A stretch of 64,000 bases of DNA from Nemertoderma westbladi (GCA_032718475.1 JAUCBJ010008402.1:62001-126000), one strand, 5' to 3'. Shown: positions 1 to 14,049, numbered from the stretch's first letter. Notes: a model not told the origin generated them from the letters alone. Numbers and translations: made by a program.

Positions 1-3000
1 TACATTGGGAGACAAGGTGGGTAGAATACCATGGACAACGATGTCCATACATTGGGAGACAAGGTGGGTAGAATACCATGGACAACGATGTCCATACATT
101 GGGAGACAAGGTGGGTAGAATACCATGGACAACGATGTCCATACATAGAGAGACAAGGTGGGTAGAATACCATGGACAACGATGTCCATACATTGGGAGA
201 CAAGGTGCGTAGAATACCATGGACAACGATGTCCATACACTGGGAGACAAGGTGGGTAGAATACCATGGACAACGATGTCCATACATTGGGAGACAAGGT
301 GGGTAGAATACCATGGACAGCGATGTCCATACATTGGGAGACAAGGTGGATAGAATACCATGGACAACGATGTCCATACATTGGGAGACAAGGTGAGTAG
401 AATACCATGGACAGACAACTATGTCCTTACATTGGGAGACAAGGTGGGTAGAATACCATGGACAACGATGTCTATACATAGAGAGACAAGGTGAGTAGAA
501 TACCATGGACAACGATGTCCATACATTGGGAGACAAGGTGGGTAGAATACCATGGACAACGATGTCCATACATTGGGAGACAAGGTGGGTAGAATACCAT
601 GGACAACGATGTCCATACATTGGGAGACAAGGTGGGTAGAATACCATGGACAACGATGTCCATACATTGGGAGACAAGGTGAGTAGAATACCATGGACAA
701 CGATGTCCATACATTGGGAGACAAAGTGGGTAGAATACCATGGACAACGATGTCCATAAGAATACCATGGACAACGATGTCCATTGGGAGACAAGGTGAG
801 TAGAATACCATGGACAACGATGTCCATAAATTGGGAGACAAGGTGGGTAGAATAAGAATACCATGGACAACGATGTCTATACATAGAGAGACAAGGTGGA
901 TAGAATACCATGGACAACGATGTTCATACATTGGGAGACAAGGTGGATAGAATACCATGGACAACGATGTTCATACATTGGGAGACAAGGTGGGTAGAAT
1001 ACCATGGACAACGATGTCCATACATTGGGAGACAAGGTGAGTAGAATACCATGGAGAACGATGTCCATACATTGGGAGACGAGGTGGGTAGAATACCATG
1101 GACAACGATGTCCATACATTGGGAGACAAGGTGGATAGAATACCATGGACAACGATGTCCATACATTGGGAGACAAGGTGGGTAGAATACCATGGACAAC
1201 GATGTCTATACATAGAGAGACATGGTGAGTAGAATACCATGGACAACGTTGTCCATACATTGGGAGACAAGGTGGGTAGAATACCATGGACAACGATGTT
1301 CATACATTGGGAGACAAGGTGGGTAGAATACCATGGACAACGATGTTCATACATTAGGAGACAAGGTGGGTAGAATACCATGGACAACGATGTCCATACA
1401 TTGGGAGACAAGGTGAGTAGAATACCATGGAGAACGATGTCCATACATTGGGAGACAAGGTGGGTAGAATACCATGGACAACGATGTCCATACATTGGGA
1501 GACAAGGTGGGTAGAATACCATGGACAACGATGTTCATACATTAGGAGACAAGGTGGGTAGAATACCATGGACAACGATGTCCATACATTGGGAGACAAG
1601 GTGAGTAGAATACCATGGAGAACGATGTCCATACATTGGGAGACAAGGTGGGTAGAATACCATGGACAACGATGTCCATACATTGGGAGACAAGGTGAGT
1701 AGAATACCATGGAGAACGATGTCCATACATTGGGAGACGAGGTGGGTAGAATACCATGGACAACGATGTCCATACATTGGGAGACAAGGTGGGTAGAATA
1801 CCATGGACAACGATGTCCATACATTGGGAGACAAGGTGAGTAGAATACCATGGAGAACGATGTCCATACATTGGGAGACGAGGTGGGTAGAATACCATGG
1901 ACAACGATGTCCATACATTGGGAGACAAGGTGGATAGAATACCATGGACAACGATGTCCATACATTGGGAGACAAGGTGGGTAGAATACCATGGACAACG
2001 ATGTCTATACATAGAGAGACATGGTGAGTAGAATACCATGGACAACGTTGTCCATACATTGGGAGACAAGGTGGGTAGAATACCATGGACAACGATGTTC
2101 ATACATTGGGAGACAAGGTGGGTAGAATACCATGGACAACGATGTTCATACATTAGGAGACAAGGTGGGTAGAATACCATGGACAACGATGTCCATACAT
2201 TGGGAGACAAGGTGGGTAGAATACCCTGGACAACGATGTCCATACATTGGGAGACAAGGTGGGTAGAATACCATGGACAACGATGTCTATACATAGAGAG
2301 ACATGGTGAGTAGAATACCATGGACAACGTTGTCCATACATTGGGAGACAAGGTGGGTAGAATACCATGGACAACGATGTTCATACATTGGGAGACAAGG
2401 TGGGTAGAATACCATGGACAACGATGTCCATAAATTGGGAGACAAGGTGGGTAGAATACCATGGACAACGATGTCCATACATTGGGAGACAAGGTGGGTA
2501 GAATACCATGGACAACGATGTCCATACATTGGGAGACAAGGTGGGTAGAATACCATGGACAACGATGTCCATACATTGGGAGACAAGGCGGGTAGAATAC
2601 CATGGACAACGATGTCCATACATTGGGAGACAAGGCGGGTAGAATACCATGGACAACGATGTCCATACATTGGGAGACAAGGCGGGTAGAATACCATGGA
2701 CAACGATGTCCATACATTGGGAGACAAGGTGGGTAGAATACCATGGACAACGATGTCTATACATAGAGAGACAAGGTGGGTAGAATACCATGGACAACGA
2801 TGCCTATACATAGAGAGACAAGGTGAGTAGAATACCATGGACAACGATGTCCATACATTGGGAGGCAAGGTGGGTAGAATACCATGGACAACGATGTCTA
2901 TACATAGAGAGACATGGTGAGTAGAATACCATGGACAACGTTGTCCATACATTGGGAGACAAGGTGGGTAGAATACCATGGACAACGATGTTCATACATT

Positions 3001-6000
3001 GGGAGACAAGGTGGGTAGAATACCATGGACAACGATGTCCATAAATTGGGAGACAAGGTGGGTAGAATACCATGGACAACGATGTCCATACATTGGGAGA
3101 CAAGGTGGGTAGAATACCATGGACAACGATGTCCATACATTGGGAGACAAGGTGGGTAGAATACCATGGACAACGATGTCCATACATTGGGAGACAAGGC
3201 GGGTAGAATACCATGGACAACGATGTCCATACATTGGGAGACAAGGCGGGTAGAATACCATGGACAACGATGTCCATACATTGGGAGACAAGGCGGGTAG
3301 AATACCATGGACAACGATGTCCATACATTGGGAGACAAGGTGGGTAGAATACCATGGACAACGATGTCTATACATAGAGATACAAGGTGAGTAGAATACC
3401 ATGGACAACGATGTCCATACATTGGTAGACAAGGTGGGTAGAATACCATGGACAACGATGTCCATACATTGGGAGACAAGGTGGGTAGAATACCATGGAC
3501 AACGATATCCATACATTGGGAGACAAGGTAGGTAGAATACCATGGACAACGATGTCTATACATAGAGAGACAAGGTGAGTAGAATACCATGGACAACGAT
3601 GTCCATACATTGGGAGACAAGGTGGGTAGAATACCATGGACAACGATGTCCATTGGGAGACAAGGTGAGTAGAATACCATGGACAACGATATCCATACAT
3701 TGGTAGACAAGGTGGGTAGAATACCATGGAGAACGATGTCCATACATTGGGAGACAAGGTGGGTAGAATACCATGGACAACGATGTCTATACATTGGTAG
3801 ACAAGGTGAGTAGAATACCATGGACAACGATATCCATACATTGGGAGACAAGGTGGGTAGAATACCATGGACAACGATGTCTATACATAGAGAGACAAGG
3901 TGAGTAGAATACCATGGACAACGATGTCCATACATTGGGAGACAAGGTGGGTAGAATACCATGGTCAACGGTGTCCATACATTGGGAGACAAGGTGGGTA
4001 GAATACCATGGAGAACGATGTCCATACATTGGGAGACAAGGTGGGTAGAATACCATGGACAACGATGTCCATACATTGGTAGACAAGGTGAGTAGAATAC
4101 CATGGACAACGATATCCATACATTGGGAGACAAGGTGGGTAGAATACCATGGACAACGATGTCTATACATAGAGAGACAAGGTGAGTAGAATACCATGGA
4201 CAACGATGTCCATACATTGGGAGACAAGGTGGGTAGAATACCATGGTCAACGGTGTCCATACATTGGGAGACAAGGTGGGTAGAATACCATGGACAACGA
4301 TATCCATACATTGGGAGACAAGGTGGGTAGAATACCATGGACAACGATATCCATACATTGGGAGACAAGGTGGGTAGAATACCATGGAGAACGATGTCCA
4401 TACATTGGGAGACAAGGTGGGTAGAATACCATGGACAACGATGTCCATACATTGGTAGACAAGGTGAGTAGAATACCATGGACAACGATATCCATACATT
4501 GGGAGACAAGGTGGGTAGAATACCATGGACAACGATGTCTATACATAGAGAGACAAGGTGAGTAGAATACCATGGACAACGATGTCCATACATTGGGAGA
4601 CAAGGTGGGTAGAATACCATGGTCAACGGTGTCCATACATTGGGAGACAAGGTGGGTAGAATACCATGGACAACGATATCCATACATTGGGAGACAAGGT
4701 GGGTAGAATACCATGGAGAACGATATCCATACATTGGGAGACAAGGTGGGTAGAATACCATGGACAACGATGTCTATACATAGAGAGACAAGGTGAGTAG
4801 AATACCATGGACAACGATGTCCATACATTGGGAGACAAGGTGGGTAGAATACCATGGACAACGATGTCCATACATTGGGAGACAAGGTGGGTAGAATACC
4901 ATGGACAACGATGTCCATACATTGGGAGACAAGGTGGGTAGAATACCATGGACAACGATGTCCATACATTGGGAGACAAGGTGGGTAGAATACCATGGAC
5001 AACGATGTCCATACATTGGGAGACAAGGTGGGTAGAATACCATGGACAACGATGTCCATACATAGAGAGACAAGGTGGGTAGAATACCATGGACAACGAT
5101 GTCCATACATTGGGAGACAAGGTGCGTAGAATACCATGGACAACGATGTCCATACACTGGGAGACAAGGTGGGTAGAATACCATGGACAACGATGTCCAT
5201 ACATTGGGAGACAAGGTGGGTAGAATACCATGGACAGCGATGTCCATACATTGGGAGACAAGGTGGATAGAATACCATGGACAACGATGTCCATACATTG
5301 GGAGACAAGGTGAGTAGAATACCATGGACAGACAACTATGTCCTTACATTGGGAGACAAGGTGGGTAGAATACCATGGACAACGATGTCTATACATAGAG
5401 AGACAAGGTGAGTAGAATACCATGGACAACGATGTCCATACATTGGGAGACAAGGTGGGTAGAATACCATGGACAACGATGTCCATACATTGGGAGACAA
5501 GGTGGGTAGAATACCATGGACAACGATGTCCATACATTGGGAGACAAGGTGGGTAGAATACCATGGACAACGATGTCCATACATTGGGAGACAAGGTGAG
5601 TAGAATACCATGGACAACGATGTCCATACATTGGGAGACAAAGTGGGTAGAATACCATGGACAACGATGTCCATAAGAATACCATGGACAACGATGTCCA
5701 TTGGGAGACAAGGTGAGTAGAATACCATGGACAACGATGTCCATAAATTGGGAGACAAGGTGGGTAGAATAAGAATACCATGGACAACGATGTCTATACA
5801 TAGAGAGACAAGGTGGATAGAATACCATGGACAACGATGTTCATACATTGGGAGACAAGGTGGATAGAATACCATGGACAACGATGTTCATACATTGGGA
5901 GACAAGGTGGGTAGAATACCATGGACAACGATGTCCATACATTGGGAGACAAGGTGGGTAGAATACCATGGACAACGATGTCCATACATTGGGAGACAAG

Positions 6001-7798
6001 GTGGGTAGAATACCATGGACAACGGTGTCCATACATTGGGAGGCAAGGTGGGTAGAATACCATGGACAACGATATCCATACATTGGGAGACAAGGTGGGT
6101 AGAATACCATGGACAACGATGTCCATACATTGGGAGACAAGGTGGGTAGAATACCATGGACAACGATGTCCATACATTGGGAGACAAGGTGGGTAGAATA
6201 CCATGGACAACGATGTTCATACATTGGGAGACAAGGTGAGTAGAATACCATGGACAACGATGTCCATTGGGAGACAAGGCGGGTAGAATACCATGGACAA
6301 CGATGTCCATACATTGGGAGACAAGGTGGGTAGAATACCATGGACAACGATGTCTATACATAGAGAGACAAGGTGAGTAGAATACCATGGACAACGATGT
6401 CCATACATTGGGAGACAAGGTGGGTAGAATACCATGGACAACGATGTCCATACATTGGGAGACAAGGTGAGTAGAATACCATGGACAACGATGTCCATAC
6501 ATTGGGAGACAAGGTGGGTAGAATACCATGGACAACGATGTCCATACATTGGGAGACAAGGTGAGTAGAATACCATGGACAACGATGTCCTTACATTGGG
6601 AGACAAGGTGGGTAGAATACCATGGACAACGATGTCTATACATAGAGAGACAAGGTGAGTAGAATACCATGGACAACGATGTTCATACATTGGGAGACAA
6701 GGTGGGTAGAATACCATGGACAACGATGTCCATACATTGGGAGACAAGGTGGGTAGAATACCATGGACAACGATGTCCATACATTGGGAGACAAGGTGGG
6801 TAGAATACCATGGACAACGATGTCCATACATTGGGAGACAAGGTGGGTAGAATACCATGGACAACGATGTCTATACATAGAGAGACAAGGTGAGTAGAAT
6901 ACCATGGACAACGATGTCCATACATTGGGAGACAAGGTGAGTAGAATACCATGGACAACGATGTCCATAAATTGGGAGACAAGGTGGGTAGAATAAGAAT
7001 ACCATGGACAACGATGTCCATACATTGGGAGACAAGGTGGGTAGAATACCATGGACAACGATGTCCATACATTGGGAGACAAGGTGGGTAGAATACCATG
7101 GACAACGATGTCCATACATCGGGAGACAAGGTGGGTAGAATACCATGGACAACGATGTCCATACATTGGGAGACAAGGTGAGTAGAATACCATGGACAAC
7201 GATATCCATACATTGGGAGACAAGGTGAGTAGAATACCATGGACAACGATGTCCATAAATTGGGAGACAAGGTGGGTAGAATAAGAATACCATGGACAAC
7301 GATGTCCATACATTGGGAGACAAGGTGGGTAGAATACCATGGACAACGATGTCCATACATTGGGAGACAAGGTGGGTAGAATAAGAATACCATGGACAAC
7401 GATGTCCATACATTGGGAGACAAGGTGGGTAGAATAAGAATACCATGGACAACGATGTCCATACATTGGGAGACAAGGTGGGTAGAATACCATGGACAAC
7501 GATGTCCATACATTGGGAGACAAGGTGGGTAGAATACCATGGACAACGATGTCCATACATCGGGAGACAAGGTGAGTAGAATACCATGGACAACGATGTC
7601 CATACATCGGGAGACAAGGTGGGTAGAATACCATGGAGAACGATGTCCATACATAGGGAGACAAGGTGGGTAGAATACCATGGACAACGATGTCCATACA
7701 TTGGGAGACAAGGTGGGTAGAATACCATGGACAACGATGTCTATACATAGAGAGACAAGGTGAGTAGAATACCATGGACAACGATGTCCATACATTGG
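1..7798. repeat. 47-bp tandem satellite (TACATTGGGAGACAAGGTGGGTAGAATACCATGGACAACGATGTCCA), ~165 units, continues off the left edge
   Basis: 47-bp periodicity read directly, with recurrent variants (TAGAGAGAC, GGTGAGT, TGTTCAT, +6 AGAATA insertion). Explains all minus-strand ORFs at 419-7819. Confidence 0.98.
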
Positions 7799-7840
7799 TA
7801 GATAATAATTACTTACCACTATGGTTTTATCGTTTTTTAG

Positions 7841-8035
7841 GTTTCAGTTTTAGAGAAGCGACTAGCTGATGTTCTAGATGATCAGATCACCAGTAACGGC
7901 AAACATCACAAACTGAGAAGCGAAAATGAGCTACTTATACACAGAATACGTCAACTGGAGGAAGAAATACATGACTCTAGACACAAAACTGAGAAAGATT
8001 TGGAGGAAACACAAAAGAAATATCGCGATTTATTT
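7841..8035 (+). CDS. RAB11FIP3/4: Internal coding exon (195 bp, phase 0/0) of a Rab11-family-interacting protein 3/4 (Nuf-like) gene, coiled-coil region
   Basis: Acceptor cgttttttag at 7831-7840, branch-like CTTAC at 7812-7816, donor GTAAGT at 8036. Translation VSVLEKRLADVLDDQITSNGKHHKLRSENELLIHRIRQLEEEIHDSRHKTEKDLEETQKKYRDLF aligns without gaps to the RAB11FIP3 segment as I recall it (VVFLERRVLELEKD...QHSRLRQENLQLVHRANALEEQLKE...EETRRQKELL). Confidence 0.85.
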
Positions 8036-8054
8036 GTAAGTGATTTATGTAATA

Positions 8055-8118
8055 ATAGAGCATAGAGAATAGAGTATAGAGCATAGATTCTAGAGAATAG
8101 AGTATAGAGCAGAGTATA
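8055..8118. repeat. Degenerate ~7-bp microsatellite (ATAGAGN)n at the intron start
   Basis: atagagc atagaga atagagt atagagc ... seen directly. Confidence 0.7.
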
Positions 8119-8344
8119 TGTTGATGTTGTGTATTAAAACCTATTATCCTAATTGCGTACCGCCTACTGCTGTATGAACTGCCAGACTGCTTGGCGCCAC
8201 TACCCTGGAATAATCCTTGTCGCTCCAATTTTTGCTCAAATTAAAAGTCGCAGCTGAGCTACCGCTTCCGATTCCTTGTCAACCCAATCAAGCTGAGCAT
8301 AGGCCTCGACCATACACTAGGAGCCGTGGGCCAATCGCTAAAGC

Positions 8345-10340
8345 AACGATCACGAATTTATCTGGACCCGAGGCGACGGTTTCGAGTTTATCGGGGTCTG
8401 GGGCGACGATCACGAAATTATCTGGACCCGAGCCAAAGGTTTCGAGTTTACCTGGTTCTGTGGACATGATCTCGAGTTTATCGGGACTGGAGGCGACGGT
8501 TTCGAGTTTACCTGGATCTGGGGACATGATCTCGAGTTTATCGGGACTGGAGGCGACGGTTTCGAGTTTACCTGGATCTGGGGACATGATCGCGAGTTTA
8601 TCGGGACTGGAGGCGACGGTTTCGAGTTTACCTGGATCTGGGGACATGATATCGAGTTTATCGGGACCGAAGGCGACGGTTTCGAGTTTACCTGGTTCTG
8701 GAGCCATGATCTCGAGTTTATCGGGACCGAAGGCGACGGTTTCGAGTTTACCTGGTTCTGGAGCCATGATCTCGAGTTTATCGGGACCGAAGGCGACGGT
8801 TTCGAGTTTACCTAGTTCTGGGGCCATGATCTCGAGTTTATCGGGACTGGAGGCGACGGTTTCGAGTTTACCTGGATCTGGGGACATGATATCGAGTTTA
8901 TCGGGACCGAAGGCGACGGTTTCGAGTTTACCTGGTTCTGGGGCCATGATCTCGAGTTTATCGGGACCGAAGGCGACGGTTTCGAGTTTACCTGGTTCTG
9001 GAGCCATGATCTCGAGTTTATCGGGACCGAAGGCGACGGTTTCGAGTTTACCTAGTTCTGGGGCCATGATCTCGAGTTTATCGGGACTGGAGGCGACGGT
9101 TTCGAGTTTACCTGGATCTGGGGACATGATATCGAGTTTATCGGGACCGAAGGCGACGGTTTCGAGTTTACCTGGTTCTGGGGCCATGATCTCGAGTTTA
9201 TCGGGACCGAAGGCGACGGTTTCGAGTTTACCTAGTTCTGGGGCCATGATCTCGAGTTTATCGGGACTGGAGGCGACAGTTTCGAGTTTAGCTGGATCTG
9301 GGGACATGATATCGAGTTTATCGGGACCGAAGGCGACGGTTTCGAGTTTACCTGGTTCTGGGGCCATGATCTCGAGTTTATCGGGACCGAAGGCGACGGT
9401 TTCGAGTTTACCTAGTTCTGGGGCCATGATCTCGAGTTTATCGGGACTGGAGGCGACGGTTTCGAATTTACCTGGATCTGGGGACATGATCTCGAGTTTA
9501 TCGGGACCAAAGGCGACGGTTTCGAGTTTACCTAGATCAGGGGACATGATCTCGAGTTTATCGGGACCGAAGGTGACGGTTTCGAGTTTACCTAGATCAG
9601 GGGACATGATCTCGAGTTTATCGGGACCGAAGGTGACGGTTTCGAGTTTACCTAGATCAGGGGACATGATCTCGAGTTTATCGGGACCGAAGGCGACGGT
9701 TTCGAGTCTACCTGGTTCTGGGGCCATGATCTCGAGTTTATCAGAACCGAAGGCGACGGTTTCGAGTTTACCTGGTTCTTTGGCAATGATCTCGAGTTTA
9801 TCAGAACCGAAGGCGACGGTTTCGAGTTTACCTGGTTCTGGGGCAATGATCTCGAGTTTATCGGGACCGAAGGCGACGGTTTCGAGTTTACCTGGTTCTG
9901 GGGCAATGATCTCGAGTTTATCGGGACTGGAGCAGACGGTTTCGAGTTTACCTGGATCTGGGGCCATGATCTCAAGTTTATCGGGGCAGAAGGTGATGGT
10001 TACGAGTTCACATGGATCTGGGGCCATGATTACGAATTTACTTGGATCTGGGACCACAATCTCGAGCTTATCTGGATCTGGGACTATGATCACGAGCTTA
10101 CCTGGATCTGGGTCCACGATCTCGATCTTAGCTGGATCTGGGGCGACGATCTCGAGCTCACCTGGGTCTGGGGCAACGATCTCGAGTTTATCGGGACTAG
10201 AGGTGACGGTTTCGAGATCTCCTGGATCTGGGGCGACAGTTTCGAGTTTACTTGGATCTGGGGCGTCGATCTCGAAATTACCTGGATCTGGGGCGACGAT
10301 CTCGAGCTCACCTGGGTCTGGGGCAACGAACTCAGATTTA
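8345..10340. repeat. 60-bp (2 x 30-bp) CpG-rich minisatellite, open on both strands
   Basis: Unit GATCTCGAGTTTATCGGGACCGAAGGCGACGGTTTCGAGTTTACCTGGTTCTGGGGCCAT; ORFs 8217-10481 (+) and 8288-10447 (-). Confidence 0.95.
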
Positions 10341-11589
10341 TCTGCATCCGGACCAATGATAATTTCGAGTTGGAATTTAATAGGCAAGACCAGTACACCC
10401 CAATACATAAGGGAGTGTGGGGGGGCTGATAACAACCCTGTGTGCATGACTCAATGCACCACAATCGGATTTGGGGTTTGAAGATATTCACAGTTCAATT
10501 TGTAAATCATATGATATAAGTAAGGCAGATATTCAAGTGCCAATTTGTGTTAATGACAATGTACCAGTCTCACATACAATGTTTCACAATTCTACAGTAC
10601 ACACAAATACTTGTACTTACCTCACTGCAGGACTGTGTTCCAACCCCCCTTCCCACCCCATATATGTTACCACATCTGACCCAAAAACTATTATAAATTA
10701 TGTTCCAGTGTAGTGTGTCTTGTTAATACCTCACAACCTACTGATCCACGATTTCAAAACACAGTCTATAACGTCCCCATCCCATGCGGTGATACTATCA
10801 TGCACACAACCAGTAGATCTCACCATTGTCAATCAACATATACTCCCCCCCCCCACACTCACTCTACTGTTAATAATGTCACCGACATACGACCAACCCA
10901 ATCAACCGCTACCCCACCTAATAAGTACAACAATACGCTGGTAACTAACAGGCCTGCTAGCACAGTGGACCCACCAGAGGGGAGTATTGACGAAGTGTTG
11001 CCCGAGCTGCAAACCACAGACAGGCCCATAAACAAAGTCTTGGTAGAAGACCTTACATCTGACGGTCGCTGGATAGTTAGAGATAAACCCACAATTGGAG
11101 AGCTCACGTACCCTGTAAACAAGACCTTAAAACCCATTGATACTGTGACTCCTGCTATGAATTCTAGGAAATGTCCCACAAAAGAGGCACCATTAAAAAG
11201 AAAGGGAGGGAAAAATAATAACAAAGTCCCAGTTAATAAGGAAGCCCTCAATAAGGGACTGATCAGACACTACAGTAAGGGAAAACCTGCCTCCACAACT
11301 CCAACACCTGTCATAACAATGCAGACTCTACTAGCGACATAGAAATTATCGAATCACCAATTCCACTAACCAATGCAACAGATGTCTCCCATCTTCCCCA
11401 GTCAATTGGCACACCATGTCTCACCCAACCCTCATCAACTGTTCGAGAGGTACCGGATTCTGAAATTGTCGAGTGGCTGGACGAATTTATTAATGTTTTT
11501 CCAGACTCCCACAATAGCTATAATGAACAGGATATAATCAATGCTGCAACACGTAAGCCAAGAACAACAACTGGCCTTACACTACTTAA

Positions 11590-12202
11590 ACCCTATGACC
11601 CTGACTGGGCATACTTTGAGCCTGGTGTAAACCTCAGCACCACAATCATCGACTCTTTTTTATCTATTCTCTCGCTAAATTTTGCCAACATGTCCTGCAT
11701 AGACTCAGCCTTATGCTTAAAACTCCGACAGGACAAGTACGACATTGCCAGTGCAATTTCATATATCACTATAAGATGAGATATTGCAACCAAACCCATA
11801 ATAGTGTTTCCAGACTGCCATTCTTCCCATTTTCTTCTACATGTAGCGAATCTTAATGAACGATCAGTATACACCCTCTGCAGCATTAGCCCCATACAGA
11901 AAGTTAGTGAAATCTCTGTTAAAATATGTAACCTGCTCAATACTATTGACAGAATCTTGGGAAGGGAGGACCACCCATGGACTGCCAGAAAGAACACTTC
12001 TCCCTTCCCCAGCCAAAGCAACAACCATGACTGCGGAGGATTTTTATGTCTTTATGCACTTGCCTTAGCCACTGGTAACCTAACATTGAGACCTGAACAC
12101 ACCTGCAGTTCTCGTCTTCGTTCGTGGCTTAAAAAATGCATAACTGACATCAAAATACCAGATTTAACACTCAACACCAACTCCATTAATTATCCAAAGT
12201 GA
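11590..12202 (+). pseudogene. Ulp1/SENP-like (peptidase C48) cysteine protease domain with one in-frame stop
   Basis: One frame reads DWAYFEPGVNLSTTIIDSFLSIL...TIR*DIATKPIIVFPDCHSSHFLLHVANLNERSVYTLCSI...FPSQSNNHDCGGFLCLYA, matching the C48 pattern P-x(4-5)-H-W/F...Q-x-N-x-x-D-C-G-x-F. His, Gln and Cys are present; the Asp position (His+17) reads Cys. Confidence 0.8.
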
Positions 12203-12361
12203 ATACACCTCAACAAAACAAAGGCTGTGGACAGGAAAGTCTCCCTTTGACCCAAAGAATATGGCACATATTACCGAACTCTCTCAAATACCCAGGAAAG
12301 AAGCAATTCGCATAATATCTCAATCTACTCAGGAAGTCAGCATGTTAACTCGGACAATCTC

Positions 12362-13943
12362 ATGCAAGATGCAAGGAAACTTATGTCACCTGTCCAATGT
12401 GTAACACTACAGCTTAAACCACGTACATCCCTTTATGAGTTAGCCGTTGACATTCTAGAACTGCTGAGATGCATACATGAACAAATTCTTACAGAACCTT
12501 GTCGTAAACGGCTGCGCAAAGCCACACCATCAGGTGAAGGGGATATCACTCTGGCAGGACTCAGTAATGATATGAACTCAGCCGTAGCTGCAATACAGAC
12601 CAGACTATGTCTTCTTGAGAATGACATTGACGCACTCAAGCAGCAGAACTCTAACCTGCAAGAAGAGCTTAATCTTGAACGCAACACCAGGACAGTTATA
12701 GAGCACCATTTAAATGCTCTTACTGGGAAAATAAACAACTCACATCACCAACCAACAACAACTAACAGCACTGCCATAGTATGCAATAGCAAAGACCAAA
12801 ACAACACTGACTCAGGGAGAATAATTTCCAGCATTGTGAACCCTACACAGGTGCAGGACAATCAGGATACAGCACCAACGAAATTGCAAACCAAAGAAGA
12901 AGTTCAACAGGATTTGGTTGTAATAGATCATTGGCCCACTCCCACTTGCAAAGAAATTGACCAACCCCCTGTAACTTTACACACAGATAAATCACAATGG
13001 AACAGGGTTGTGGAGAAACCTGTCAATCAACCCAGGAATAGAATTAGACACCATACACAACTCCATACCAACCACCCTAAGTAACAAATTTGCTCCCTTG
13101 AGAGAAAATTGTGGTCCTCTTTATAATACTCATCTCCAACAGCACCCAACCAAGAAGCTTCCATCCAATTATCAACCCCAAATGTTGCCTTCTCACAACT
13201 CCATGAACAGAGTCCAGAAGCAACTAACCCAAAAGCACCAAGTGCATTATGGACCGAATAACCAATCTGTTCCCCACACACCCTCTTATTAAGACAACAG
13301 AGCAAATGATCTGTATCCACCAACTACAAACTATACAAAGCATAATCTCACCAACCACCATACAAAGGAAGCTCCCAGAGACAGAAGTTACGTAGAAAGG
13401 TTCCAATTGAAGGCCAACTACTTCAATGACCATTCCTTCAAACAAACTTCTAATACACACCCTTCGCCAGTACCCTTTAAGCTTAAATATCAAAGCAACA
13501 ATGAAACCTGTAATTACACCAGAGCCCCCAACCATATTCATACCTCAAACATCAAAACCTGTAACAGTACATCCATTTTTCTTACTAACATTAACCCAAT
13601 TATGTTTGAAGAGGATGTAGAAGCTTTCCTGCTTGAAAAACACATAAATGTATATCAAATCACAACAAAACGCAACCAGTTCACCCATTCTAAGATCATG
13701 CGCATCACAGTTGATAGTAAGGATGTAAACAAACTAACACATAACTTATTTTGGCCTCAAGACAACCATTGTTATACATGGACACAGGACAGACAGAACT
13801 ACTGGGAGAGGAACAATGCTTACCTTATAGGTAGAGAAGTAAACAACTGGAGACACAAACTAGAACGTCAACAGTGGGACCGAATTCTGAACAATCGCAC
13901 CCATTACTCTTGCCCCATACAGAGATCTAATCATTATCTTTAG
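12362..13943 (+). pseudogene. LINE ORF1-like remnant: coiled coil, low-complexity linker, RRM-like domain
   Basis: IQTRLCLLENDIDALKQQNSNLQEELNLER heptads; SIFLTNINP...EDVEAFL...MRITVDSKDVNKL...FWPQ is typical of CR1/L2-group ORF1 C-termini. Frameshifted. Confidence 0.7.
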
Positions 13944-14049
13944 CAGTGAGTTGTATACTAGCACACAACCAACGACGAAACAGGCTGGATGGAACATGGG
14001 CCAAAAGGAAGCTGTGACAGTAAAATCTGACATCGATGGAGGAACCACT

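Noticed and set aside
419-7819. Many minus-strand Cys/His-rich ORFs up to 544 aa
   Set aside because: The 47-bp unit lacks stops on that strand, so all three frames give the same 47-aa cycle; frameshifting indels are tolerated.
7977-8228. 83-aa minus-strand ORF
   Set aside because: Antisense to the real exon end and a microsatellite; no coding features.
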